Origin: Mytilus californianus
Lineage: Eukaryota
Direction of reading: 5' to 3'
DNA length: 64,000 nt
Assembly (NCBI RefSeq): GCF_021869535.1
Contig: NW_026262712.1
Span: forward strand, 70,556,001 to 70,620,000
The stretch's first letter is position 1; the number at the start of each line of letters is the position of its first letter. The notes under the pieces are model-generated. The model was given only the letters and a program-made list of their open reading frames with translations. It did no database searches and had not been told where the DNA came from. A program made the position numbers and the translations under genes. Below, in pieces: positions 22,841-36,070 of this stretch.

Positions 22841-25800
22841 ACGGACGTATATTTGTGTAAATAATTGATTGAACTTCTTTAGTGATCTGCACTTATATTT
22901 CTTCCATTCGAGGTGAACATAATCTCAGGTCATAATGATAGCGTATGTGACGTTCCACGCTTTGTGTTAAATCGAAATCATTACGTTCCTCGTCTCACAG
23001 GCTAAACGTCACACAGTAGAAGACTTGCACTACTGTTCCAAAATTGAAGAAAAGGAATGAGAGAAAATGTTTAAAGAAAACATTCAGTTTAATTATTAGT
23101 GTTTTGATTTTTTAAATAATAATAAAAAACAAAAATTTGTGGCATTATTGGATGAATCCAATAAAGTCGATATCCACATATGACCTGAAAATATTTGTCT
23201 CTAATTTAACAGTAATACAGTTGCATACATTTCTAATTGGATTTTTCTCTTTATATAGCAAGATTCAAGGAGCGCCTGCATATCGAGTATAAATCTCCTT
23301 GTTGATGCAATATTCCAGAGATTGCCTTTTCTATCACTGAAAGATAGAGATTTGCTTCTTTCAAATCAGCTTAGTTTTGTTTAAGTTTTATGTTGCTTGC
23401 CTGTTTTTGGTGGCATGCTTTAACACTAATACGATTGCTGTTATTTCTCAATTCAAATGATCTATTTACTAGTATTGATAAAAGAACCCAAAAATAAACT
23501 ACGTTGAACTCTATTGTTTTGGAAGGGTTCCTGTTCCTGTTAATACAAATGACACCGGGTAAGGTATACAACAGAAAGTAAAAAGTATAGATAATTATGA
23601 CTGATAAGCGGTTTTTAGTTTTACTTTTTAATGCATATTTTTTTTATGATTAATGTTCCACACTGGCTAGATAATGCTGCTAGTGGACTGCTATTCTTCG
23701 ATGGTGCCATCAACTCAGTAGTCAGATCTTTGAAACTTGCATGATTTATACCGAACCTTTCATATATTGTCCATCGATAAATCTTGGCGATTAGTTGCAA
23801 TATTCTTAATTACAAATGTAAAGCATTATATCTGCAATTGTTCAGAATTTAATAAATTCCAATTTCTGACTAAATTGAAATATAATTTCAATCTTCCTTG
23901 ATGACAAACGAATTGAAAGACAAATGAAAAGATACAAAATTTCAAATGACTGTGAATACGACAAAGAATGAGTTAGCAAACACCATAATTAATGATCAAA
24001 TGAATATTCTTACACAATTTGAAGTATGTTTCATTTAATATATGAAAGCTTGAACAGTTACTAAATGTTGCGTTCTTCAATTGATGACTGCTAACCGCTT
24101 GTTTCATGTTGTCTAAAAAAACAGGAAGTAGATTGTTTTCTTGTGATCCGACCAGGACCAGAAAGTCAAATGTGCAATTATAAATCGCAAACAAGATAAA
24201 GAACTATTATTTCTTTATGTTTGCTTCGCTCATAGTCTTGAAAAAAATATGTGTTATAGAAATGTCTGGATATGAAGAAATGCGGAAGTTATGTCCGACT
24301 TCACGTTCAAAATTTGAGACCAGAAATATTTTTATACCACCTCTTTTTTTTTTACTTTTTCTGCCTAAATCTTTATAAACCGATAGCAAAACCTTAAACG
24401 CAAGTTGTCATTTAATATTCCTTTATTGCACTGGGGTGATATATTTGTTTGAAGAGGATCATTATTCGGCAAAACAATGATTTTTACGACCAGGTTTTCC
24501 TTTAAAACATACCAGTTCTTTGCCAAATGAAAAAAATATGTAAACCGAAAGAAAGACAAAATGCACTCAATTGGCCTTATAGGATAATAAAGCAATACAA
24601 ACATCACTACACTGACCTTTGATAAAAAAACTTTCATTTATTAATAATAACATCAGCAATAAGATGAACGCTATAACCTTCAAATCAATGAGTGATGCAT
24701 GTAGATATTATTTCATCTGGGAAACAACGAAACTATGTGTTTTTTATGGATGATGCAAACCGGATTTGGAAGTAGTTTTGACTACACAAAGATAATAATT
24801 ATCCTTTATCTTAGTATATATACTTTACTCTTAATCATTAAAAATCTGCACCGAGGCAAGTTCACTTTTACTTACATAAATCTATCAAAACATCCAATAT
24901 GTATCATTCTAAAAGAGGGACGAAAGATACCAGAGGGACAGTCAAACTTAAAGGGCAAAGGGGGTTCCATGTACAAATGCTTTTATATAATACAAATTAA
25001 ATTTATGTAAAACAAATTAGATTGACCTCGTTTCTTCGATTATGTTTTTAGTATTTACTGGTATCAAAACTGATATCTTATGTTTACTGCCAACAAAGAG
25101 CTACATGATGGGTTCCATTGCTGCAGCGTGACTGTTCAAAACATTTTCAATCCTATTTGTAAGTGCGATTTTATGTTTCGTGTTTATTTTTTATATGAAA
25201 AGTTGGCAAAAACCATTTCATACCAACTGAATGGTGTGTTTCCTGGCTAAAAGGTCATACAAATCAGCCAAATCATGTTGTCATCTTATTCTAACAAGTT
25301 GAAACCAAAATTCATCAAAAGTAGAGGTCAACAGGGCTTGCTCTGCCTTTTTATCATCTTATAGTCTTTACGTCCAGACATTTAGCAATGTGTAATTTTA
25401 TACACAAATTATTTTCTTCTTTTTAATATCGTTCTAAATATGAATGAAATAATTGCTATTGGACATTAAACAAGCAGCAATAATTCAATCAATTAATCTC
25501 TTATGAAGTTTATCTTTAAGGGTTTTCTGGTGGAGGCACCCCAACTCGCTGACTTTGGGATTGTGGCAGTATTTATTCCTCACCTTTGCAAATTATTGTC
25601 ATTTATTCAGTGTTGGGTTTTTTAATATATATCTGTTCTTAACAGTGAGTTGTATTATATTTTTATGGTATTCTGAATAAATGACCTTCATCTCCAATCT
25701 TGTGTTAGAATTTCTGCAGTTGAACTCGAATCATTGGGGCATTTTCCTCTCACTTCAAAAAGAAAAATTTGGCTGAAGAATATCAAATCGTTTTATCGTT

Positions 25801-26994
25801 TATCCTAAACTTAGATGTATTTGGCTATTCTTGTTTCATGTCCTATTAAGGCACCTCACGTATTGAAGTACTTTACATCCTTGGTTTTCACATATGAATG
25901 ATTGAGTTCGAGTGATACCGATGAAGGTAAAGCCACCAAAGCGGCTCTGACGCCCCAAATGTATAAAGTGTTCTACATTTTCTAGCACTTTACATGCAAT
26001 ACAGCTGCTGTATGGCTGCTAGTCGTCCACGGTATCATCAACTTAAAAGTCAATTTTTTTTGGTACAAATATGATTGATAAGATTTGTTTTTTTATATTC
26101 TCCATTTTTTAAAGAAATCAATTTCCAACTTCCTCAGACAAAGTTTACCTCAGTTGGATTTTTGTTATCTGTTCATGTCCCTTTTTGGCACATCGATCCT
26201 CACGTATTCAAGAACTAATACACATCTATATACGGCTTTCAAATTTAAGAGTTCGAGCATTTTGCCGAAGGTTTATTAAATTTATAAAGAGTTATTTTTA
26301 TTTTATTTAATCATACAAGTAAAGTTTGAATGATTCAGCAATATATATTGTTAAGGGTTCTAGTACACAAACTAGCTAAGAGTGTGCATATATTCAGGAT
26401 TTTTTTTCTTTAAATATAACAAAATGACATTTTGAAGTTTGCTGACATTTTGGGGTGAAATTATGCATCTGCAGGATATGGTTGTTTTAAACTTGGACCT
26501 TAATACATATAGTTTGTTAGTACTCATGATAGGTATCTGCATTTCTTCAGGATGATGATATACTATTATTTTACATATATGACTCGATGTTGATCACGAA
26601 ATGTTTTAGGATTTTTTTCAAAAGGAGAGCCAGTTTTGTCCAGTAAAATTCTCAAACAGTTAACAAGCTAGACATGTTATATCAACTGAAAATTCAAAGA
26701 TAAACTGTAACACTTCAGTTATTTCAATACCGTTGCACTGATGGCTGGTTGCATGGTAATTCTGGGAAATGCAAGTTCCAACCGAGAGACAGTTACCATA
26801 TGGACAATACTAAATTTTTTCTTCTAGTAAGACATTCATTGGGTATGCTCGAAATAAAAAGTTTCAAAATACATAATTATATGAAGTATTACAATGACCA
26901 ATTCAAATCGAAATGCTGAACCTGTCTCTGATCAACGTTGCGTTAGGGAGTTGAATTTGCTTATAAATTTTAATTGCCTTTTAGCAGTCAGTGA

Positions 26995-27175
26995 TACAAC
27001 CAGGTTTAATTCACCATTTTCTACATAAGAAAATGCCTGTACCAAGTCAGGAATATGACAGTTGTTATCCATTCGTTTGATGTGTTTGAGATTTTGATTT
27101 TGCCATTTGTTTAGGGACTTTCCGTTTTGAATTTTCCACAGAGTTCAGTATTTTTGTGATTGTACTTTTTTTTCA
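26995..27175. mobile_element. Interspersed repeat family R4 fragment (gaaaatgcctgtaccaagtcaggaatatgacagttg core)
   Basis: Near-identical to about 43010-43170 in the same orientation and to about 39816-39990 in inverse orientation. Confidence 0.85.
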
Positions 27176-27590
27176 CTCAGTGAACCTTGTAATACAATTC
27201 TTATTCCACTTATATCATTTGATGTTTTGACCATATTTGTAAATCTTATTTACTATTTATATGTTAAGATAAGAATGAATGGTAGAAAATAAACCAACAA
27301 ATAGCAATATCTTTATGAAATTGATAAAGATAAAATAATGTAAATAATAAAAGAAACAATCAAACCAATGGAAGTTATATGAACCACGTAATTTTTTGTT
27401 TTTGTTCAAAACCTTTTGCGTATTTTCGCAGCCATAATACAATGAAAATTACGAATAGAATGGCGAACAAACGTCATACACCTGCTGGTCATCGACAGGG
27501 ACATCACTTTTAAACCATTGTGGGATTAACAGATGTATAGGTCACTTATCAATATTCAACGCACTTTTATATATTAACATGCGTATGTTG

Positions 27591-27727
27591 CGAAGAGATT
27601 AAAGAATTTGTTTATCTAAAAGTAAACTTATTAATCCTCGTGTATTCACTGCCATATCCGTAACTTTTCCTATAAATATGGAAGCACATGTAACATTGTA
27701 TACAAACAAAAGCACGTGGAGAACTAG
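27591..27727 (+). promoter_or_regulatory. Putative promoter and non-coding first exon of LPMO B
   Basis: cgaagagattaaag (27591), TTATCTaaaaGTAAACT, TATAAATA (27671-27678), ggaagcacatg...tatacaaaca, donor GTAAG at 27728. A matching acceptor TTTACAG ends at 28544, nine nt before the ATG. Confidence 0.72.
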
Positions 27728-28553
27728 GTAAGACATAATAAGTTGATTTGCCTCTTAGCTTTATATATTATAATATAACTCGTATTGTCATACTACACGA
27801 TCAACAATTATATAATGTAAATGTTTTTTGTTTTTGTTTAAAGGCTTCTATATGTGTACATATTTATCGTATAAAGATGATATAAAGAAACTTGCATCCA
27901 ATAATTTATGGAATTTATTTGTGTAACTTAATTGATAAAAATATTTATGTGAACAACATATTATTAATAATATTTTATATACAGGTTAAGTACGCTTCGT
28001 ATATTTTCAAAATGCATAACTGAATTTTCACTCAATCTGTAATCTTCGAAAATAGCTGAAATCTTTCTCAGTATTGATGTAGACGAGGAAATCTAGAGCT
28101 CGATATGTTGTATATTGACACTTGTCTTATTTTGAAGGCCGTCCATGGAAGCCTAGATGTCTTTTGGTGCTGGTCGGTCGCCGCCCCATTATTGTATGAC
28201 ACTCATGATCTTCTTTCATAATTGTTATAATTAGGGCTAATATTGGCTCAGGGTTCAATCCTCATTTTATCATTTTATCATTTTGCTCCACATAGCGAGC
28301 TTCGGCCTCCTTGAGCAATGATTTTGTTCCGGGTTCCACTGATAATGCTTGGAGCTACTGAGGTTGTGATGATGATTCGAAAAAAATGCCTTCTGGCTCC
28401 AAGGCAACCATGGAAGTAGTGCATATAATTCTCTAATGTTGCATACCTCTTGTTGAAAACACCAAAACTTGATATCGACGAAATATATACTTCTATTATA
28501 ATTATGTAAGCACTACATTTTATTATATCATTTGTACTTTACAGGAAAACAAT

Positions 28554-31365
28554 ATGTTGACGCAGATTTTTACATTAGCTACAGTTATTGCTGTCGTCTA
28601 CGGGCATGGCAGACTTATATCCCCTCCAGGAAGATCCACAACGTGGCGCTATGGGTACAACACACCTAAAAATTACAATGATAACCAGTTATCTTGTGGA
28701 GGATTCTATGTAAGTCGTTATAGATATCTAATAATTTTTTAACTAGAAAATAATAGATTTTTTAAGAAGAATTAATAAACTTATATTGGTACAAAGTATA
28801 TATGTGTAGAACTCGTAGGTGCAATGGTCACGCTGAAGTACGATGGTCACGCTGAAGTGCGATGGTCTGCGCTGAAGTGCGATGGTTTGCGCTGAAGTGC
28901 GATGGTCATTTCGCTGATAAGCGATGGTCTATCAGACGCGTGATGCTAGTTTTAAATCAACAGATGTCCAATATTATGAGAGCTTGATTTTTTTGATATT
29001 AGTACATAAATACCAAAATTCAATGTTTTCTACAGTTGCAGGAAAAAACAATGGTCATCTATCTTATTTCTTGTTCTCATTCACATCAGCCGTATAGATT
29101 TTTCGTTTGTTTTGTTTCGTTCTGACTAACCAAGAAGTATTCGCAATCAGTACTGGTTTAAAGGGAAAATAGCTTTCGTAAAAACATGTAGATCAATTTC
29201 TAAACGATTGTATGAACGACTGATTATTTTGTCTAAGCTACCAAAATTTACAGAGTATAGTGTACACTACACTTCAACGTTACACTGAGGACTGGAAATG
29301 AAATGACTTTTCATCATGACAGTTTTAACCATCGATATTTACATAAAAAGCATCTGAAAAGCTACTTTTAACAATTAAAACATAAAAAGCAACTGAAAAG
29401 CTACTTTTAACGAACAAATAGGTTTATTCATCGACATGTAAACATTGCAAATATGATTTATGTAATCTATCGCACTTCATCGTTGCCACCATCGCGCTTC
29501 AGCGTAGCTATCAACAAGATAGCATCACAATGCCACCATCGCACTTCGGCGTGATCAAAAACGCACTTCAGCGTCAAACCATCCCACGTCAGCGTACCAT
29601 CGCGGTTCAGAGTCCTACATATATATTGTTGTTCGACGGGATCTAAGAAAGGTATTCCCTTCTTAAATATGAGAAGAAAACAAATGTGCATCTTTAATAT
29701 ACTAGTATTATAATAGCTTCTGTTAAATGTTTGACAGCTTTGTACTTATACCATGCATTTGATATACGTGTATTTATTTCTTTCAGAAACAATGGACACT
29801 AAATGGAGGAAAATGTGGAGTATGTGGTGACCCATGGAACGGGGCTCGTGAGAACGAGGCTGGAGGAAAATATGCAACAGGCACCATTGTTAGTCAATAT
29901 AAGACAGGACAAAAGATTCAGGTAAAAGTTCAGATCACTGCTACTCATCGTGGATATTTTGAGTTCCGTCTTTGTCCGGTTAACAATCCACGTCAGCCAG
30001 CCACCCAAGCCTGTCTAGATAAAAATGTGCTAAAGCAACCAAATGGACAGTCTAAATTTTATGAACCAGGAGCAATCGGTACATATACAGTTGATCTTAT
30101 TCTACCACAAGGTTTAACCTGTACGCAGTGTGTGTTACAGTGGAAATGGAATACTGGTAAGAACCAATTTAACTGAATTTGTGCACAGTTGTCCGAGTAC
30201 ATCTACATTAACGTTTTAAATTGATATACCTTTTGATTTTTCATAGAAAAGTGCTTCTATTAAGTATTAATTTTTTTGACGATTGTAAATATGAAGAAGG
30301 TACAAGCGTGATGCCACAGAATGCATTTTTATAATTTACACATACCCTGAGCTTAAAAGTTTCGTAAATACAGATATTGTATCTATTAAATAACAACAAT
30401 ATTGCAAAACAAGTCTAATTTCCCCTGAATATGTTTAACAGGGCCTTTTAAAAAAATCTTTTCATCATTACTTTATTTCATAACCACTGTATTACAATCC
30501 ATTGTGTGTACTTTAAAGTTTTAACAATATTCTGACTAAGATCACAAATTTATTAACGCAAAAAGACAGGCCTGCACTTAAGTGTCTTACAGGTTTTGAC
30601 AAATTTGAGTATTTATCTATCTCTTAAATATATAAGAAGAACAACGTTAATCGATAAAAAATGCTGTTGGTACTAATTTTAACGACTCAATTAAAACCTT
30701 AAGAATTTAGTTGCCTATTAATAACCTTAAATTTATTTATAACCTTATGTGTGAAACACACATATCTTTTTCTCAATAATCTACAGTTGATGCAGATATA
30801 TCGTTGAAGAGCGTATAGTTGCCTTTGTGTTATTATATTTTGTCTCTGCAAATTCGGGCTTTTGGATTTTGTTATTAGCTTTAAGTATGCAAAAATAATT
30901 ATCAGAAATATGTGGAATCATTAATAACACCAAGAACTAATAGGTTACGTTTTTCTATCAATTACAATTATCTTGCATACTATAATGTGTTCCGAACAAT
31001 AGGATATGAAAATTGTTGCATAATTGCATACTTTAACATATAGTTATTTTCTTCTTGCAGGAAACTCATACAACTGTGATAACAACCATAAATGTTGTAT
31101 TGGTTGTGGGCAACAAGAACAGTTTCATGGTTGTGCAGATATAGCTATTTCTTCGTCAGGGACAAGTCAGTTTTCTAATACTGGTGTTCAACAAGGACGC
31201 CCAGTCGGGTTTTTACCCATTTCAGAACACAATGTTAGAACATGCCAGGCAACACCACTGTTCAAAAGTCGTTATCGATACGCCGATCAATATTGTGTAT
31301 CACAATGCAACCAGAACAAATGTCCACCCAGCATATACTGCACCGATGCTTGTAGATCTCACTAA
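28554..31365 (+). CDS. LPMO copy B: secreted AA15-type LPMO with C-terminal 6-Cys module, 276 aa
   Basis: Coding exons 28554-28709, 29787-30156 and 31061-31365 (156/370/305 bp), GT-AG and open. His18 is mature His1; TATHRGYFEFRLCP; EQFHGCADIAI; AATAAA at 31515. Confidence 0.93.
28805..29619. mobile_element. Non-autonomous TIR/foldback element of about 815 bp in the first coding intron of LPMO B
   Basis: Ends tgtagaactc / gagtcctaca. About six tandem 19-20-bp units (gtgcgatggtcacgctgaa) at about 28820-28930 are mirrored by ttcagcgt..accatcgcac units at about 29468-29608. Flanks are TA-rich. Not seen in the corresponding introns of A and D. Confidence 0.8.
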
Positions 31366-32456
31366 AACTCTTTTTACAAAATCTATACTCATTTTACTCA
31401 CATTTTATTTTGATACAAAATAATTTTTTTATCAGTGTATATATTTATATACATATATTTATTTATTGTTATTGCATAATTAATGTGTTTGTTTTTATAT
31501 TAAAATTACAATCCAATAAACTTATTGTCTTTTTATATAATCCAGATAATCAGTTCTCCTTTTTAAGTATTTTTTTATGATTTTTGAAAAAAAGCTTATG
31601 TCCCATAAAACTAACACCTGCTAACGTATTGCGATTAACAAACGTCATGCGATTGGACAAATGGTATGTTCCTACTGAAAATGGAAAATTGACTATCAAA
31701 AAAGGAAAGTTCTATCAGATTCTCGTTTTAAATCGTAAATCTGTGTAAATAACGAGAATAATATCAAGATTCCAGGCGACCTTATAGTTTCGGTAGTATT
31801 TGTAATTTTAAGTTCACTGGAGTAAATGAGATACAAACACTCCACTGCAACGTGCACGCACTAGTACATCCACCCCATACACGATTATCTTTATTAATAT
31901 TTAGCTCCAACAATTCTAAAACAACTACATTCAATTTCAACCAAACATTTGAATTGATTATCAAATGAGCATTCTATAAAGTAAACTTATTTCACAAACA
32001 TAAAAGTAAACTGTACAGCTTTAACATATCTTCACGTAAACAAATTGTATTCTCATTAAAATTTAGCTTCGGACAAAACACTTTGTAGTGAACCAATCAA
32101 ATGTAATAAGAATTTATTCTTAATTGTAATCATTTTAACAATAGAATTGGACAAACGTTTGTCGACACGATATTACATCAAACAAACAAAATTAATCAGA
32201 CAAAATTTGGTTTAAAAAAAAATTTTTTAGGCGCCACTATAGATTGAGTTCAGATAGTTGTCACGATTAAATGTTATAAACACAAAAGTCTAAATTGATC
32301 ATATATAAAAGAATAGTAGTCAATTCCGTGTCCTTGAATAGTCTATTTTAAGTGTATTGAATTAAAAAAAGACAGCAAGATTCTTAAAAGTTAAAAGTAT
32401 ATACATAGTCGGGGTAAAGTACAGTTGGTGTAATATATATAAGATAGGAGATCAGT

Positions 32457-34970
32457 ATGGATTGTAACATTCTTCTGCTTGTGACATTTTTTATAATTAG
32501 CAAAGTGGCATGTGCAGACAATTGTGAACTTAGTGCTTTTTTTGCAAACTGCTCAAAGCGTGGTTTTTCGGAAATTCCTAAGAACCTTCCAGAATATATA
32601 ACTAAACTCGAATTATCAGAAAATGTCATTACAAAGATAGGATCAAAGGCATTTAAAAGATATGATAAGCTACTAGTTTTACACTTAGCAAACAATAACA
32701 TAAGTATCTTAGACAGAGATGCTTTTGAGGGCTTATGCGAATTAAAGGTGCTTTCTCTAACAGGAAATCGATTAGATCATACAAGATATCCGAACAATGT
32801 TTTCCGTCCGCTAAAGAGCATACATGAACTTTATCTTAATCGAAACATAAGAAGTCCACCTCCGTTTGAGCAAGAAAAAACTTGTGAATATTCCGATAAA
32901 GCCTTCAGCTGGATGGTTAATCTGAAAATTCTGTCAATAGATCTATGTGGAAGCTCAAATTTTGGCATCGGATTTCTCAAATTGATACATTTACAGAATC
33001 TTACATTTGATCATTGTCTAGCTTGCAATTTAACTCGAAAAACCTTTAGTAATTTTCGAAAATCCAACGTCACTGTGCTGAATCTCAGTCGATGCGAACT
33101 GTATGAAATGAGTGAATCTATTGACGCTGGAATTTTATATCCTTTTTCAAATGTGACAAGTCTTGATTTATCAAACTCGTACTTTAGCTTAAAGCACGCC
33201 CTCCAGCTTTTGTTGCCATTCCGTAATAAGAAAATGGATATGATAAATTTTCATCGTGTAAGTCGGAATACTAGAAGCAGTCCAGAAAATCCATTTAAAA
33301 TTGTTATAACAAGTGAAATGATGCAGTTTCTTAGAACTATCTGTGTGAAAACTCTTATCATGTCATACAACGGAATTGTAGATGCAAAACCCAATTCATT
33401 ATTTGTTTTTGATCACCCGGAGTGCTTTGAGAATATAATAATATCAGCAAATAGTTTTTGGTTGGAAAATACTCTCCAATACATCGAGGTTCTAAAATTA
33501 GCAAGTACCATGATTAATCTTCGACTATTCGATTATTCATACGTCCCGCTTAAGTTTACATGTATGAACTTTATACTCCCGCCAAATTCAGTGATCTTAA
33601 ACAATGACATGTTATATACAGATAGAACCCTAACCAATACAACGTTTTATCTTCCAATTAAACTGGAACATCTGCGATTCAGTCATGTAATGGCGTCTTC
33701 CCAACTGTTAAGCGTGATAATTAGAAATACACTTTCACTGAAATTCTTAGATTTATCGTATGTTTCCTTCAAAGAGTTTCCTGATATTTTCATGCCTGAA
33801 GGTAACGTTATAGAACACCTAGATTTTTCAGGAATAGATTCAAGACTATATGTTGATAAAGGAGTTACTGAATTAATGGGAGAAGTAAAAACTCTCCTCG
33901 TACGTAATGCTAAATTAGATCTGACATTTAGAGAACGGAAAAATGTCTTTAAATATTTAAGAAATCGAACAATTAAAATTGATATATCTCATAATCATCT
34001 ATGGGCCCTTCCGAAGACATTTCGTGTCATGTCCAATTTAGAACACATTGATTTATCTTATAACTCATTTCGACATTTTCCGAAGGCATTGACATCAATT
34101 TATAATCTCAAAAAAGTAGATTTGAGATTTAATCGGTTACTGACCTTAGACAAAAAAGTTACACAGTGGGCTGACGATGTTTGCAAGAAACACAATTTAT
34201 CATTACTGTTTGCAGGAAATGAATTTGCTTGCAGTTGTGAAAATCGACACTTTTTGAGGTGGCTAACACAAACAAACGTCTTATTGGACAAAGACGGGCA
34301 TTATCATTGTCGATTTCCTAATGGAACAAGGACAAATACTACCAAGGTTATGGAACAATTCCATGATACATTTTCAGATTGCGATGCAATCGCTTGGTTA
34401 CGTATAGGCGTCATTTGCATCGTTTCTTCCTTTGTCATCATTTGTTTATCGGCTGTACTTTATCAGTTCAGATGGAGAATGGCATATTTTTTCTATCGAA
34501 AACTAAAAATGAACTATGTAATCGAATCGGAAGACGTTGAATTCAGGTATGATATCTTCGTTGCATATGCATCTGATTGCTGCGAATGGCTTAAAGGTTC
34601 ATTAATACCGATACTAGAACAGGAATGGAAATTGAATGTCTGTGTGAAAGATCGTGATTTCCCGGTAGGGGAAGATCGAGCAGATACTGTCATCAACAGC
34701 ATGCGAAATAGTAAGTTTATAATTTTCATAATTACACCAGAATTTATTAAAAGAAAATGGGGAAAGTTCGAGATTGAAATGGCTAAATATGAAATGTTTG
34801 AGCATAGAAAACAGAAACGCATTATTGTCATAATGAAAGACGGCACATTAAAAGAGGACGTTCCTATTGAATTTAGTCTTATATGGAAAGATGTCATAAT
34901 GATCGAATGGCCAAGCGATGACATAAATACCGAAAATGTGTGGTATGATTTAAAGTTGCAGTTGGGTTGA
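32457..34970 (+). CDS. Toll-like receptor, single-cysteine-cluster type, 837 aa, intronless
   Basis: Signal peptide; LRRNT (CELSAFFANCSKRGFSEIPKNLP); multiple LxxLxLxxN repeats; LRRCT (NEFACSCENRHFLRWL...YHCRFP); TM helix (WLRIGVICIVSSFVIICLSAVLY); TIR domain (YDIFVAYA, CVKDRDFPVG, SKFIIFIITPEF, WGKFE). No stops. Confidence 0.96.
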   Translation: MDCNILLLVTFFIISKVACADNCELSAFFANCSKRGFSEIPKNLPEYITKLELSENVITKIGSKAFKRYDKLLVLHLANNNISILDRDAFEGLCELKVLSLTGNRLDHTRYPNNVFRPLKSIHELYLNRNIRSPPPFEQEKTCEYSDKAFSWMVNLKILSIDLCGSSNFGIGFLKLIHLQNLTFDHCLACNLTRKTFSNFRKSNVTVLNLSRCELYEMSESIDAGILYPFSNVTSLDLSNSYFSLKHALQLLLPFRNKKMDMINFHRVSRNTRSSPENPFKIVITSEMMQFLRTICVKTLIMSYNGIVDAKPNSLFVFDHPECFENIIISANSFWLENTLQYIEVLKLASTMINLRLFDYSYVPLKFTCMNFILPPNSVILNNDMLYTDRTLTNTTFYLPIKLEHLRFSHVMASSQLLSVIIRNTLSLKFLDLSYVSFKEFPDIFMPEGNVIEHLDFSGIDSRLYVDKGVTELMGEVKTLLVRNAKLDLTFRERKNVFKYLRNRTIKIDISHNHLWALPKTFRVMSNLEHIDLSYNSFRHFPKALTSIYNLKKVDLRFNRLLTLDKKVTQWADDVCKKHNLSLLFAGNEFACSCENRHFLRWLTQTNVLLDKDGHYHCRFPNGTRTNTTKVMEQFHDTFSDCDAIAWLRIGVICIVSSFVIICLSAVLYQFRWRMAYFFYRKLKMNYVIESEDVEFRYDIFVAYASDCCEWLKGSLIPILEQEWKLNVCVKDRDFPVGEDRADTVINSMRNSKFIIFIITPEFIKRKWGKFEIEMAKYEMFEHRKQKRIIVIMKDGTLKEDVPIEFSLIWKDVIMIEWPSDDINTENVWYDLKLQLG

Positions 34971-36003
34971 GATTGTGGTATCCGTTAAGGAATTGGTGTA
35001 ATGAATAGTGAATTTGAAAGAGCTATCTTGTTAGCATGTACATATTGCAATAAAGAGTTATGGATATTGACATTCAATATAAGAGACGATCAATTTTTGT
35101 TTTATCATAACTTGATTGGTAGAAAATGAATTTAATTATTTTTCTGCAAAATAATCTGGAAATATTTTCCTTCGATTAACTCTTTTTATAAATATCTCGA
35201 CAAACCAGAGTATGCTTTATTTTGAATATAAAGTATGCGCATGTTAATGATTTGAAAATTATCTTTTTAAAAATTAAAATAAATATTTAAACAATTGTGT
35301 GTTCTCTATTTATTGTCATTATTGTCACTACATATATCCATATCATGTTATTTTGCTATAGCATTGCAATAACATATTCATTCATTCATGTTTACATTCA
35401 ATTCATAATTATCGGCTAATTTAGTCATGTTAATTATAACTTTGGTGCATACTATATGTAAATATACAATGCAATATTGAAGACATCTATTAAATCACAT
35501 TAGGTGTGCATTGTATCGATATTCAAAGACATTGTAAAAGATGTCACATGTGAATACAATTGCAAATGCATATCAATTAAAACAAAATTAATCATTTATA
35601 ACTTATGTAATGTAGAATAATATGATGTATTTCTTTGGCCTTGGATTTAAACAGCGATGTATGTATTCTAGTTCCATGCCGATTGCAGATCCAGTTTGCT
35701 ACTAGCTCACACTCTATACCTCAGTTCCTGTAACTTAAAAAAAAAACATGTTGAACTCAAGAACTTGTATGAATAGTAGTTTACCGATGTTCATATCTCA
35801 TAAATCGATTTATACAAAGAGAACCTGCACTTAATAGACATTTTCAATAAGTTTTTTCTCCGACTAATGACATCTATAGTTGTGAAATGAGGGATCGTAT
35901 CAAAGATTAAAGCATTCTAGAATAACATTACATATTCATATTGTAATGTCTAGGACAATTTTGAAAAAAAAACGGATATCGAGCATTGCTAGTCTCTTTT
36001 CTG

Positions 36004-36070
<67 letters not shown>
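36004..36070. repeat. Compound (CT)n(CA)n microsatellite
   Basis: Read directly from the sequence. Confidence 0.95.

Noticed and set aside
28200-28440. GC-richer coding-like patch in the 5' UTR intron of LPMO B
   Set aside because: No long open frame or recognisable motif in any frame; probably an old repeat fragment.
20803-31365. Bacterial AA10/CBP21 gene acquired by recent transfer, or contamination
   Set aside because: The genes have conserved GT-AG introns, a non-coding first exon, TATA promoters and the Cys-rich motifs of animal AA15s, and they are embedded in animal repeats.
32384-34924. Antisense ORFs over the TLR (32384-32701, 34100-34291, 34514-34924, 34614-34805) and similar shadows over LINE and LPMO exons
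   Set aside because: They are opposite-strand or alternate-frame shadows of real coding sequence with no independent features.
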